From assembly GCA_016189025.1 (NCBI GenBank), contig JACPGS010000004.1, positions 1 to 57,422 on the forward strand: DNA of 57,422 nucleotides, read 5' to 3'. This DNA is from Candidatus Magasanikiibacteriota bacterium (GTDB lineage Bacteria > Patescibacteriota > Patescibacteriia > Magasanikbacterales > GWA2-37-8). The position numbers and the translations under genes are program-made. Below, in pieces: positions 48,229 through 57,422 of the stretch. The stretch's first letter is position 1, and each line of letters starts with the position of its first letter. The notes under the pieces were generated by a model. The model had not been told where the DNA came from, searched no databases, and worked only from the letters and a program-made list of their open reading frames with translations.

Positions 48229-48285
48229 GTTGATAAAGAACAATTTAAGGGCGGTTCAGTATTATTTCATCAGTATTGAATCAGT

Positions 48286-49479
48286 CTACTTAATAATTTT
48301 GGTTACCACGCCCGCGCCTACCGTATGCCCGCCTTCGCGGATGGCAAAATTCATTTTGTCTTCCATTGCTACCGGCACCAGCAGCTTGACTTTAATGCTT
48401 ACCGTGTCGCCCGGCATTACCATTTCCGTACCGCCCGGCAGCTCGGTCACCTCGCCGGTTACGTCCGTAGTGCGGACGTAAAACTGCGGCTTGTAACCCT
48501 TAAAGAACGGCTTGTGGCGGCCGCCTTCTTCCTTGGTCAGCACGTATACTTCGCCTTCAAATTCCGTATGCGGGGTGATGGAGCCGGGTTTAGCCAGCAC
48601 CATGCCGCGCTCTACTTCTTCTTTTTTGGTGCCGCGCAGCAAAATCCCGGCGTTGTCGCCGGCCTGGCCTTCTTTCAGAGTTTTATTGAACATTTCAATG
48701 CCGGTTACCACGGTCTTCATCGGCTCCTCGCGCAGGCCGACAATGGCAATTTCATCGTTTAAGTGCACCATGCCGCGCTCAATACGTCCGGTTACCACGG
48801 TACCGCGGCCTTCAATGGAAAAGACATCTTCCACCGGCATCAGAAATGGCTTGTCTACGGCGCGCACCGGCTCGGGGATATACTCATCTACCGCTTTCAT
48901 CAAATCCAGCACCGGCTTGGCTGCGGCTTCGTCGGTCGGGTTCTGCAGAGCCTGCAGGGCGCTGCCGCGGATAATCGGCGTAGTGTCGCCGGGGAACCGA
49001 TACTTCTTCAACAGGTCGCGCACTTCGGCTTCCACCAAATCAATCAGCTCCGGGTCGGACACCTGGTCTACTTTGTTCAGAAATACAACGATGTAAGGGA
49101 CGCCCACCTGGCGCGCGAGCAAAATGTGTTCGCGGGTCTGGGGCATGGGGCCGTCGGCGGCGGATACCACCAAAATCGCGCCGTCCATTTGGGCGGCGCC
49201 AGTAATCATATTTTTGATATAATCGGCATGCCCCGGGCAATCCACGTGGGCATAGTGGCACTTCTCGCTTTCGTATTCTACGTGAGCGGTAGAAATAGTA
49301 ATACCGCGCGCCTTGGATTCCGGCGCCTTGTCCAAATCATCCACGCCTTTCTTTTGGGCGGTAAACCCGCGGGCGCCCAGCACTTTGAGGATCGCGGCCG
49401 TCAGGGTAGTTTTACCATGGTCAACGTGGCCGATCGTGCCGATGTTGACGTGCGGTTTGGTGCGGACAAATTCCGCCAT
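48286..49479 (-). CDS. tuf: Elongation factor Tu
   Basis: [27 protein letters not shown]. Confidence 0.98.
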   Translation of the reverse strand: MAEFVRTKPHVNIGTIGHVDHGKTTLTAAILKVLGARGFTAQKKGVDDLDKAPESKARGITISTAHVEYESEKCHYAHVDCPGHADYIKNMITGAAQMDGAILVVSAADGPMPQTREHILLARQVGVPYIVVFLNKVDQVSDPELIDLVEAEVRDLLKKYRFPGDTTPIIRGSALQALQNPTDEAAAKPVLDLMKAVDEYIPEPVRAVDKPFLMPVEDVFSIEGRGTVVTGRIERGMVHLNDEIAIVGLREEPMKTVVTGIEMFNKTLKEGQAGDNAGILLRGTKKEEVERGMVLAKPGSITPHTEFEGEVYVLTKEEGGRHKPFFKGYKPQFYVRTTDVTGEVTELPGGTEMVMPGDTVSIKVKLLVPVAMEDKMNFAIREGGHTVGAGVVTKIIK

Positions 49480-49622
49480 ATAATTAAAGCTTTCCGCGGC
49501 ACTGCCCCGAGTGGTCAGGGCATGTTTTGTAATCCAGCCGCCTTGAACTTGAATAACTTGAATTTTTGCCTAAAATAACAAAAAATTATTCCCTGGTTTA
49601 GCTCTTAAAACAAGGCTCCGCC

Positions 49623-49651
49623 ATTATACCAGGGCGCCGGAAAACTGGCAA
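49623..49651 (-). promoter_or_regulatory. Promoter upstream of tuf
   Basis: TTGCCA-17-TATAAT with extended TG. Confidence 0.75.
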
Positions 49652-49749
49652 GGGGATAGCGTGTGGACAAGATCAGCAGAGTCAGTTAACCAGCAAAGTC
49701 AGCAGATTCAGTAAATGTGACAAAATGCTGATTCGGCTGAACTAGCCAA

Positions 49750-50124
49750 TTATTCTACGGGCTCCAGATAAAATTTCTCTTCTTCGGCTTCGTGGGGGAT
49801 GTCGGAAAGATCTTCAGATTCAGGAGGCAGAGAAGCGGCGGCGGAAGCAGCCGGGGCGGCGGGAGAAGCAGGCACCGCCGGCAAGGGATAAGGTTCGTTA
49901 GAAACAGGCGCCTCCCCTTCTGTTGCTTCGTCAAAATCATCAAGCAAAGACGACGAATTGCCGGCCGATAATGCTTGGTCTGCTCGGCCGCCGGCGAGCA
50001 AGGCCTCGTAGCGGTCTAAAGGCACCAGGGCATAAAGCCCGTCGCTCCCCGCATCGCAAACAATACCGGTATCGCCGGTACGGCGGACAAAATTTAGCAG
50101 ACGCTGGAGCTGAATCGGGGTCAT
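49750..50124 (-). CDS. Hypothetical protein
   Basis: Folded-looking N-terminus (VRRTGD), low-complexity linker, C-terminal EEEKFYLEPVE. Confidence 0.7.
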   Translation of the reverse strand: MTPIQLQRLLNFVRRTGDTGIVCDAGSDGLYALVPLDRYEALLAGGRADQALSAGNSSSLLDDFDEATEGEAPVSNEPYPLPAVPASPAAPAASAAASLPPESEDLSDIPHEAEEEKFYLEPVE

Positions 50125-50677
50125 AAGCATTACCGAGTATCGCACGAAAAAAGACAAAAGTCAATCAAAGCTTTAACACCGAGGAGGGGTGGGGGCGGCG
50201 GCAGGGGCTTGGACTTCGGTGTGTCACTCGCTTGAGCCTTGCCTGCCGCCACCTCCCGTTCCGCTTTGCCGTACCGACCCCAGGGAGACGGTGAACAGCG
50301 CACGGGGGAACTACCTCCCTAGGGGTCAGGCGTTACCCGATTAGATCTCTCGGGAAGGGGGGAGGATTGAAAAAATCGGGAACGCCTCTATATTTAGGTT
50401 GCCTCCTGTTCTGCCAGCGGGGAGAGTAATGGCGCGAGGTTGCGGTAGCGTCCTCGCTGTTGTCCGCCGGCCCCCGCACCTTACCACACTGTATACTACA
50501 TAGACAAGAGCTAGGGAGGTAACAAAAAAACGCCCCTGACCAAAGGCGAAAGTAACTGACTTATGGGAATTGGTCACCATTATCATCAGTACCGCCTACC
50601 TGATGATGGCGCCCGCCCTGTACCATCGCTCCCTCGGCAGTTTTGAGGAGGTGATGAGCGACAGAAGAGGAATGCAT

Positions 50678-50709
50678 AAAATCCCCCCGACCCAGTCGGG
50701 GGGATTTTG
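50678..50709. terminator. Bidirectional terminator-like hairpin
   Basis: AAAATCCCCCCGAC-CCA-GTCGGGGGATTTT. Confidence 0.7.
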
Positions 50710-50722
50710 ATTTGCGGGCTGG

Positions 50723-51340
50723 TTATATTTTATACTGCCGCACCGTTTTCTCCAAGAATTTTTGAATCGTTCCCCGCTCAACCTCGCCGCGCAAAAAATC
50801 TATTTTCTGCGTTGGCACGTCTGCCAACGAAACTAATTGGCCCAAAAATAAACGGTCACTAAAATCATGCTTAAACTTTTTCTTCGCCACCCGTATTACC
50901 TCGGCTAGCTGTACATGTTTCTCTTTCAGCATAAAGTACCAATCCACATAATCTTTATACGCCAACCGTTTACCGATAGCAAACGCTTTCATGGCGGCTA
51001 GTTCCCGTAGGCTGACCAGCGGCACCCGATGGTAATGTGATACTGCTTCTACTATCGGATACTCGAACCGAAAAAAAGTACACTTGACATTATCAATGAG
51101 CAAATTCAACTGTTCCGGGGCCCGATAAGTTACGGTGACGGAGGCTCTGGCAAATATCCGTTTTACTCGCCGCAGGAGCGTCGGCGGCAAGGCTTGAGCA
51201 GAAAATAAATCAAAATCAACTGAGATGCGGTGCCCGATATGCAAAGCCAGGGCGGTACCGCCGACTAAATAAAAATTTTTAAACCGAGCCAAACGAGGAA
51301 ACAGCGCCGCCGCCCGGGGCAGCAGAGCTTCAGCGTGCAT
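50723..51340 (-). CDS. AbiEii-type nucleotidyltransferase toxin (type IV TA)
   Basis: FYLVGGTALAL..GHRISVDFDLF, AAMKA, KDYVD. Confidence 0.88.
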   Translation of the reverse strand: MHAEALLPRAAALFPRLARFKNFYLVGGTALALHIGHRISVDFDLFSAQALPPTLLRRVKRIFARASVTVTYRAPEQLNLLIDNVKCTFFRFEYPIVEAVSHYHRVPLVSLRELAAMKAFAIGKRLAYKDYVDWYFMLKEKHVQLAEVIRVAKKKFKHDFSDRLFLGQLVSLADVPTQKIDFLRGEVERGTIQKFLEKTVRQYKI

Positions 51341-51611
51341 AGCGAAGCAGCGGGACGTTAAATATTACTTGAGCGAGCCGCAAAGATTCGGGATGGAATT
51401 CGGACGCCAGTCTCTTCTTCAAGATCCGCCGAATGGTATCATTACCATAAATATTCTGAATCCAATGCCAGTGCGCTAAAGTGCCTTCATTGATCGTATT
51501 GACAATAATATCAGCCTTATCAGTATCAATATCAACAGTTTCCCATCGCAAAGACCACAACAGGGGGCGAAACATCAACGGGACTTTTGTTTTATGAGGG
51601 CGATGTAACAT
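51330..51611 (-). CDS. Probable partner antitoxin (DUF6922-like)
   Basis: PLLWS..IDTDKADII...GTL..W...YG pattern; overlaps the AbiEii gene. Confidence 0.65.
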   Translation of the reverse strand: MLHRPHKTKVPLMFRPLLWSLRWETVDIDTDKADIIVNTINEGTLAHWHWIQNIYGNDTIRRILKKRLASEFHPESLRLAQVIFNVPLLRYAR

Positions 51612-51671
51612 AATGCGCGGCAATTCTGTAATTATTATAGCAAAAAAATCACTGTCTGTCAACCGGCAGAA

Positions 51672-52922
51672 TCACCGCAACTTACCGATAAACGTAATAA
51701 TAACGGCAAGGCTGATGCCCGCGGTGGCGAGCCGCACAAAAGCGCGCGAGAAGCGGCCGGGCAGGTGTTTGTCGCCGACCAATTCGCGGTCTTCGGAAAA
51801 TTTAATCAGGAAGTAGAAAATCACCGGCAGCATGGCGCCGTTTAAGTAATCGGCGTAAAGCGTCAGGTTAAAGAGGTTGATTTGGGGGAACAGCGCCATC
51901 ACCAGGCCCAGGGCAATCTGCAAAACAAAAAACACGTAAAACGGCTTGCCCTTTTTGAAGCTGGCGTTAAGGGTGCGCTCGTAACCGAACAGCTCGCTGA
52001 AAACATAGGAAGTGGCGAGCGGCACGATGGACAAACCCAACAGAGACGCTCCGAACAGGCCGGTGGCAAACAAGGCGCCCGCAGCGGGGCCGGCGAACGG
52101 CCGGATGGCGAGCGCCGCGGCGCCGGCATCGGCCACCGGAATCCGGTTAACGAAAAGAGTATAAGTAACCGCGAGCGCCATCAGCCACGATAATACGTTG
52201 GTAACGATAGCGCCAAAATAAATCTCCCAGCGCGCCTCGCGCAGCTGCCGCGTATGCAATCCCTTGTCTACGATGTAACTGCTGACGAAAAACTGCCCCC
52301 AGGCCGTGATGGTGGTGCCGAGCACCGCGATGAGGGAAAACCAATAACCGACATTAGCAATGTTTACCTGGCGGGGGAATACCAGGCTCTCGCGCAGCGC
52401 CTCGGCCCAGTTGGGGTTAGCGAGAAATGCGGAAACTACATAAGTAAGGTAAAACAAAATCATTACCAAAAAAATCTGCTGCAAGCGGCGATAACTTAAA
52501 CGGATTACCAAAAACGTCAGAGCGACGCAGGTGGCGATGAGCAGCGGCCGCCAGGGAAAAATTGTCAGTTGCAGGGCTGCTTTCAGACCGCTGACATTCT
52601 GCAGAATCACCCCCTGATTGACGATAAAATAGAGGCCGAATACCACGGCGGCCAGGCGCAAACCATAGCGCTCGCGGATCAGCGACCCCAAGCCTTTGCC
52701 GGTAATAATAGAAACCCGCGCCCCGAGCTCCTGGGACAGGGCCAGCAATACGGTAACCGGAATAATCAGGTACTGCGAAGCCATGCCGTAGAGCGACGCC
52801 GCCACCGTGTAGGTAGCCACGCCGCCGGCGTCATTGTCCGCCACGGCAGTAATAATGCCAGGGCCCACCACGGCCAAAAATAGCAACAGGCGGCGCTTAA
52901 AACCCGAACGCGGCAAAGTCAT
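51672..52922 (-). CDS. NRAMP-family divalent metal transporter
   Basis: GPGIITAVADNDAGG, QELGARV..TGKGL, LGTTITAW. Confidence 0.9.
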   Translation of the reverse strand: MTLPRSGFKRRLLLFLAVVGPGIITAVADNDAGGVATYTVAASLYGMASQYLIIPVTVLLALSQELGARVSIITGKGLGSLIRERYGLRLAAVVFGLYFIVNQGVILQNVSGLKAALQLTIFPWRPLLIATCVALTFLVIRLSYRRLQQIFLVMILFYLTYVVSAFLANPNWAEALRESLVFPRQVNIANVGYWFSLIAVLGTTITAWGQFFVSSYIVDKGLHTRQLREARWEIYFGAIVTNVLSWLMALAVTYTLFVNRIPVADAGAAALAIRPFAGPAAGALFATGLFGASLLGLSIVPLATSYVFSELFGYERTLNASFKKGKPFYVFFVLQIALGLVMALFPQINLFNLTLYADYLNGAMLPVIFYFLIKFSEDRELVGDKHLPGRFSRAFVRLATAGISLAVIITFIGKLR

Positions 52923-52929
52923 ATTTTAC

Positions 52930-53053
52930 TAGGACCGGCGCGTTTGGCTGCAGTTCAAGGCGGCGCCGAGCAACGAAACGAGACGTATTAATATATCCGG
53001 CGAGTGAGTAGCGGAGGCGCCAACGCCGAAATGCGCCAAACGCGCCAGTCCTA
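52930..53053. repeat. Palindromic element family C copy
   Basis: Homologous to 22376..22500. Confidence 0.8.
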
Positions 53054-53058
53054 TTTAT

Positions 53059-53214
53059 AGACCGTTGAAAAACTCTTTATGGGTGCCTTATTTGTCATCC
53101 CCGCGAAAGCGGGGATCCAGAAACTTGGCTAATTAAAAGGCTATTTATCCTGGATTCCCGCTTACGCGGGAATGACACGGGGACGGGAATGACAGACGAG
53201 TTTTTCAACGGTCT
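53059..53214. repeat. MITE-like family B copy with nested REP doublet
   Basis: Perfect TIR AGACCGTTGAAAAACTC/GAGTTTTTCAACGGTCT; TATTTA on both flanks. Confidence 0.8.
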
Positions 53215-53217
53215 TAT

Positions 53218-54438
53218 TTAAGCATGCGGCACCAGGCGCCGCATTACATCGTCAATGGAGAGCACGCCGGCCAGCCGCCCTTCGGTGTCCAGCACCGCCG
53301 CTGAATACAGATTGTAGCGGGTCATTACTTTAACAATCTCATCAATTTTTTGTTTTACCGACAACACCGAGTGGCGGGGTAATTTTTTGACAATATCTTT
53401 AAGCCGGGCGGTGGGCGCCGCCGTAAGCAGGCGGCGCAGTGATACGGCGCCGCGGAATTTACCCGATTCTTCGGTAATATACACGTACAACAGCGAGCGC
53501 AGATGCGGCGAAACCTGCCGGACTTCTTCCAGGGTTTTGGCCACGCTCCAGTCGGGGCGGGCGGAAACATATTCAATGGACATCATGCCGCCCGCCGTAT
53601 CGTTGGGATAGGGCAGAAGTTTTTCCAATTTTTTGGTCTTGCCCTGCTGCAGATAGGAAAGAAAAGCCGCGGCCTCGGCCCGGGGCAGGGTTTTTAACAA
53701 ATCCACCGCTTCGTCCAGCGACATCCGCTCCAAAATCCGCGCGCTACGCTCCGGCCCCAGGTAATGGATAATCATTTTTTTAATTTCCGGATTCATTTCC
53801 TCTACTGCATGAGCGGCCGCTTCGGTATCCAGCGACCCGATCAACCGGCCGCCCTGCTTGATGGTAAGGTCCTCAATGATATTAGCCAGGTCAGCCGGAT
53901 GGAGTTTGGTCAACTGGGCGGCCAGGGAATCCAGCTGCACCGCGCCGCCCGCCGTTTTCCGTTTTACCAAATGCGCCTTGCGCCAATCAATCAGATTAAC
54001 CTTGAATAAATTAAGAAAATCAAACCGGCCCAGGCCCAGCCGGCGCAACATTCCTTTTAAGCTCACGTCGATCCCGATTACCGACATCGCGTTGTCCACC
54101 GGCCCCAGTTTAAGATCATTGACGCGGACAATCCGCGCTCCTTCCACGTCCACAATCTGCTGGTCCAGCACGTCTTTGGCCAGCCGCACCCAATCGCCCG
54201 CCGGGTAATCGCCGGGGATGGTGCGCGAGAGGTGGGTGAGCGTAAGGTCGGCCCGGCTTAAGGTTGCGACGTATTCGTAAGGCAGGTAGCGCTCGGCGCC
54301 GCCGCGCCGCCGCACTACCAAAAATTTAAGCGGCGCATAAATGCCCGGGGTGCTGGGTACCAGAATATCGCGCAGCCGCCCCACCGACACCTCGGAGCTG
54401 TCGCGCACCGGCCGGCCTAACAGTTGGCTTAAATACAT
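53218..54438 (-). CDS. MgtE intracellular N-domain/CBS protein with PRC-barrel-like N-terminus (no TM domain)
   Basis: VLDQQIVD..G.RIVRVND, LHPADLA, YPNDTAGGMM, CBS pair. Confidence 0.85.
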   Translation of the reverse strand: MYLSQLLGRPVRDSSEVSVGRLRDILVPSTPGIYAPLKFLVVRRRGGAERYLPYEYVATLSRADLTLTHLSRTIPGDYPAGDWVRLAKDVLDQQIVDVEGARIVRVNDLKLGPVDNAMSVIGIDVSLKGMLRRLGLGRFDFLNLFKVNLIDWRKAHLVKRKTAGGAVQLDSLAAQLTKLHPADLANIIEDLTIKQGGRLIGSLDTEAAAHAVEEMNPEIKKMIIHYLGPERSARILERMSLDEAVDLLKTLPRAEAAAFLSYLQQGKTKKLEKLLPYPNDTAGGMMSIEYVSARPDWSVAKTLEEVRQVSPHLRSLLYVYITEESGKFRGAVSLRRLLTAAPTARLKDIVKKLPRHSVLSVKQKIDEIVKVMTRYNLYSAAVLDTEGRLAGVLSIDDVMRRLVPHA

Positions 54439-54620
54439 AGAGGACGCCACTAGTGTACGCCCCAGGGCAAGAAAAAGCAACCGAGGGGTAACCGTAATGT
54501 TGTGCACAGGGAGCTTGGGATTGGCAGGAAAATAGTGTATAATATCGGGAGCCGCCAAATTCAAATCTAAAGTTCAAAGTCACTTTGAACTTTGCCTTTT
54601 GAGTTTTAAATTTTCTCTCC

Positions 54621-57128
54621 ATGCCTCGTCGTCTTCGCCGGGTACAGCTGCGGCGCTGCCGCCGCTGTACTACCCCCGGGCACAACGCCGCCACCTGCCG
54701 GGCAATTCTCTCGGCGCCGCCGGTATCGTCCCCCCTGCCGGTGGCGGGCGCGTTTGACAACGCTCCCCGGCGGTATTATCAGGCGCCCGCCGCGCCGCCG
54801 CCCTCTGCTCCCACCGCCGCGGGAATCAGCGTACCGCTTAAATTTTTCATCCACCATGTTACCGCGCCGCCGGCGCCGTCGCCGTTTGAGCTGAACCTGA
54901 AACAGGATCACTACAATGTCTGGAGCTACCTCCCGGCTGCCAAGCCGGAGACGACTGCCGATAATGATTACCGGCTGGCCGCCACCCGCGCCGCCCGCTT
55001 TCTCGCTCCGGAAAGACTGCCGGCTTTAACCGGTGCCGTACCGGAAATCGCTAAACCACCACAATCACCTTACCGGCAGAAGCTGGTACAACATTATCGG
55101 CAAAAATTAGCTGATGCTGGCGCTGCCTTAGTTGAGGCAGTCCGCCAGCGGCTGCCCGCTGCTTCCCCGGGAAATTCTACCCTCTGGCGCCCCTTACGAC
55201 TGGCCGGCGTTACCGGCTTGCTGCTGTTATTGGTAATCGCTCCGGGGCAGCTGCTGTGGGCTAGGGGGCGGACGGTGCAAAATTATCTTGCCGAGCGCGG
55301 GCTGGCCGGGTTTGTTTCGCTGCAACACACCCTGGAGGCGCTGCGCGCCGCCCGCTTGTTTTCGGCCGAGGCGGCTTCGGCCAAGGCGCTGGATGAATTC
55401 AGTGCGGCGCTCGCGACCATCAGCGAACACCGTCAGCTGGAGCGGCTCTCCGGTCTGATCCCTGGATTAAATAACAAAGTAGAGAGCGGCCGCGCTCTGC
55501 TGGTGGCGGGTCAGGAAATTTCCCTCGGGCTGAATTATCTTTTACAGCAGTCACTGTCATCAGCGGCGGAGCCGCCCCGACCCGATAATATCACCGCGAT
55601 TTTTGCCAACCTGAACACGGCGCAGCCCTATTTTTCCCGGGCGCTCGCCCACCTGCAAATGGTGGAAGCAGCCACCCTGCCGCCTGACCAGCAGGAAAAC
55701 TTCCGGCGCTACCGGCAGACGCTCTCGGGTTTGACGCGCGACCTGGCCGCCCTCGGGGCGCTCCAAACTTTATGGCCGCAACTCTCCGGCGCTACGGCCC
55801 CGCAGCGCTATTTATTGGTATTTCAAAATCCCCACGAACTCCGGCCGACCGGCGGTTTTATGGGGTCCTACGCCATTGCCGAATTCTCGGGCGGGCGCCT
55901 GGCGCGCTTTACCCTGCCCCCGGGCGGCACTTATGATTTGCAGGGGCAGCTGGCAACGATTGTCAAACCGCCGGAACCTTTGCTCCTGGCCAATAAACGC
56001 TGGGAATTCCAGGATGCTAACTGGTTCCCGGATTTTCCCCAAAGCGCCGCCAAAATGCTGTGGTTTTACGGCCAGGGGCGGGGCGAGCAGCTGGACGGGG
56101 TGATTGCGATCAACGGTACGGTGCTCTCCCGTCTGCTCGCAGTGTTAGGGCCGGTTACCGACCCGGAACGCGGCGTAACTTTTACCGCCGATAATGCGCT
56201 CACCGAGCTGGAAACCATAATTAAAGACAGCCCTGACCGCGCCAGCCGCCGGCCCAAGCAAGTGCTCTCCGACCTGGCAGCAACGCTGCGCGAGCGCCTG
56301 ACCAAACTGGCGCCGGATCAGCTGTTACCCACCCTCGCGACCGTGGCCGCGGCGCTGGAAAATCAGGAAATTCAGGCTTACTTTACCCTCCCGGCGCCGG
56401 AAAATTTTGTCCGCCAGCAGGGCTGGGGCGGAGAAATTATCGCTACCGCTCCTAATCAGGATTATCTCCTGGTAGTAAATGCCAATATCCAGGGGAGCAA
56501 AACTGATGCTTTTATTAAACAAACCATTAATCTGGAAACTGCGCTCTCTCCGGACGGTACCTGGGAGAATACGCTGACGATTACCCGCCGCCACGAGGGC
56601 GACCCGGCCGACCCGGTCGCCGGCAAAACCAATCTCACCTATCTGCGCGTTTACGTGCCGCGCGGCGCCAGTTTGCGCGAAGCTCGCGGCTTCTCGGCTC
56701 CGCCCGAAGGATCGTTCCGCGCTCCGCTCCCCTCTGCCAAAGCCGACGATACGCTGGCTGCCGTAGAAAATAATATCGGCTATCACGAACAGTCCGGCAC
56801 GCGGGTCAGCGAAGAATTTGGTAAAACCGTATTCGGCAATTGGACGATTACCGAAGCCGGCGGCGTTTCCGTAATGCAGCTTACTTACCGGCTGCCTTTT
56901 CCCGGGCGGCTCCCCCCGGGGAATCGCGCCGCTTACCAGCTGGTGGCGCAGCGCCAGTCCGGCGCGCCGTCCGAATGGAGCAGCCGGGTGATTTTGCCGT
57001 CCGGCTGGGAGCCGGTCTGGAGCGAGGGCGAGGCAGCGCAGGCGGTCGGCAACGGACTGTTAGTGAAGCGCCAGAATCTGCAGAAAATTAATGTCTGGAG
57101 TCTGCTGGCGGAGAAAAAATATAAATAG
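54621..57128 (+). CDS. DUF4012-domain membrane-anchored protein with N-terminal CCHC knuckle
   Basis: YLLVFQNPHELRPTGGFMGSY, DANWFPDFP, YLRVYVPRG; one TM; N-terminal CxxCxxxxHxxxxC. Confidence 0.85.
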   Translation: MPRRLRRVQLRRCRRCTTPGHNAATCRAILSAPPVSSPLPVAGAFDNAPRRYYQAPAAPPPSAPTAAGISVPLKFFIHHVTAPPAPSPFELNLKQDHYNVWSYLPAAKPETTADNDYRLAATRAARFLAPERLPALTGAVPEIAKPPQSPYRQKLVQHYRQKLADAGAALVEAVRQRLPAASPGNSTLWRPLRLAGVTGLLLLLVIAPGQLLWARGRTVQNYLAERGLAGFVSLQHTLEALRAARLFSAEAASAKALDEFSAALATISEHRQLERLSGLIPGLNNKVESGRALLVAGQEISLGLNYLLQQSLSSAAEPPRPDNITAIFANLNTAQPYFSRALAHLQMVEAATLPPDQQENFRRYRQTLSGLTRDLAALGALQTLWPQLSGATAPQRYLLVFQNPHELRPTGGFMGSYAIAEFSGGRLARFTLPPGGTYDLQGQLATIVKPPEPLLLANKRWEFQDANWFPDFPQSAAKMLWFYGQGRGEQLDGVIAINGTVLSRLLAVLGPVTDPERGVTFTADNALTELETIIKDSPDRASRRPKQVLSDLAATLRERLTKLAPDQLLPTLATVAAALENQEIQAYFTLPAPENFVRQQGWGGEIIATAPNQDYLLVVNANIQGSKTDAFIKQTINLETALSPDGTWENTLTITRRHEGDPADPVAGKTNLTYLRVYVPRGASLREARGFSAPPEGSFRAPLPSAKADDTLAAVENNIGYHEQSGTRVSEEFGKTVFGNWTITEAGGVSVMQLTYRLPFPGRLPPGNRAAYQLVAQRQSGAPSEWSSRVILPSGWEPVWSEGEAAQAVGNGLLVKRQNLQKINVWSLLAEKKYK

Positions 57129-57281
57129 GATTGTAGGCGCGTAGGATAGTAGGATTGTAGGGCAACAAATTATTTTTCTCCAGACTAAATTTAATTTTCT
57201 CTACTGTCCTACCGGCCTACCATCCTACTAACCTATAGGTCAAAAAGTCAAAACTATTAGCAATTAATCTAACAATTAACT

Positions 57282-57422
57282 TACCCATAAAACCTGTCAA
57301 ATAAATCACTAAACTACACACAATTATCCGGTCGGATACGCCGATATTTAATTGTTTCTTGTTCTTTGAAAGATTACAAACCTGCTGCAGTGGCAACTGC
57401 AAAGAATTTATCTTTGTAGTTA
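57282..57422. mobile_element. End of the repeated mobile element (inverted copy of 1..138)
   Basis: Exact reverse-complement match to the window start. Confidence 0.7.

Noticed and set aside
38301-49578. Long plus-strand ORFs antisense to ribosomal genes and tuf
   Set aside because: Shadow frames of GC-rich conserved genes with no recognisable motifs.
50505-50680. His-containing leader peptide (MGIGHHYHQY…) attenuator
   Set aside because: No downstream gene on that strand and no alternative pairing seen; more likely a decayed small gene with SD and terminator.
130-57128. Alternative genetic code (UGA = Gly)
   Set aside because: Several conserved genes end at TGA (parA, pth, rplN) and no in-frame TGA interrupts the conserved ORFs.
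1-57422. Linear replicon with terminal inverted repeats, or a 57-kb composite transposon
   Set aside because: The content is core chromosomal (ribosomal operon, tuf, secY); contig breaks at two copies of a repeat are the simpler explanation.

Overview
A chromosomal segment of a Patescibacteria (CPR)-type bacterium. This is an inference from the missing rpmD/L30 between rpsE and rplO, a tRNA-Arg(GCG), SD-less or leaderless core genes and long low-complexity extensions on ribosomal proteins; TGA is used as stop (standard code 11). Left to right: (i) an AT-richer integrative element at tRNA-Leu(CAA) carrying a large serine recombinase whose ORF runs antisense through the tRNA, small HTH genes and a Type III restriction-modification operon with an orphan gene between mod and res; (ii) housekeeping genes (parAB, rel, topA, folC, dprA, Xaa-Pro peptidase, pth, der, LCP, tRNA-Val, tRNA-Arg, creD, asnS, recO, ruvX, map, adk, secY); (iii) the S10-spc ribosomal protein cluster and tuf; (iv) NRAMP plus MgtE-like CBS genes and a DUF4012 protein. 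Five toxin-antitoxin pairs and at least three families of small non-autonomous palindromic or MITE-like elements are interspersed. The two window ends are inverted copies of the same 138-bp mobile-element end. The most interesting unexplained structures are: three same-orientation structured repeats that partition TA/ATPase cassettes between recO and asnS; an Asn-rich leader-peptide attenuator inside that array; a MITE family with ATA(G/T)T target duplications at promoter and start-codon sites; an amphipathic N-terminal extension on uL23; and a ~320-nt multi-hairpin intergenic RNA candidate. All product calls come from motif recognition by eye; no searches were run.
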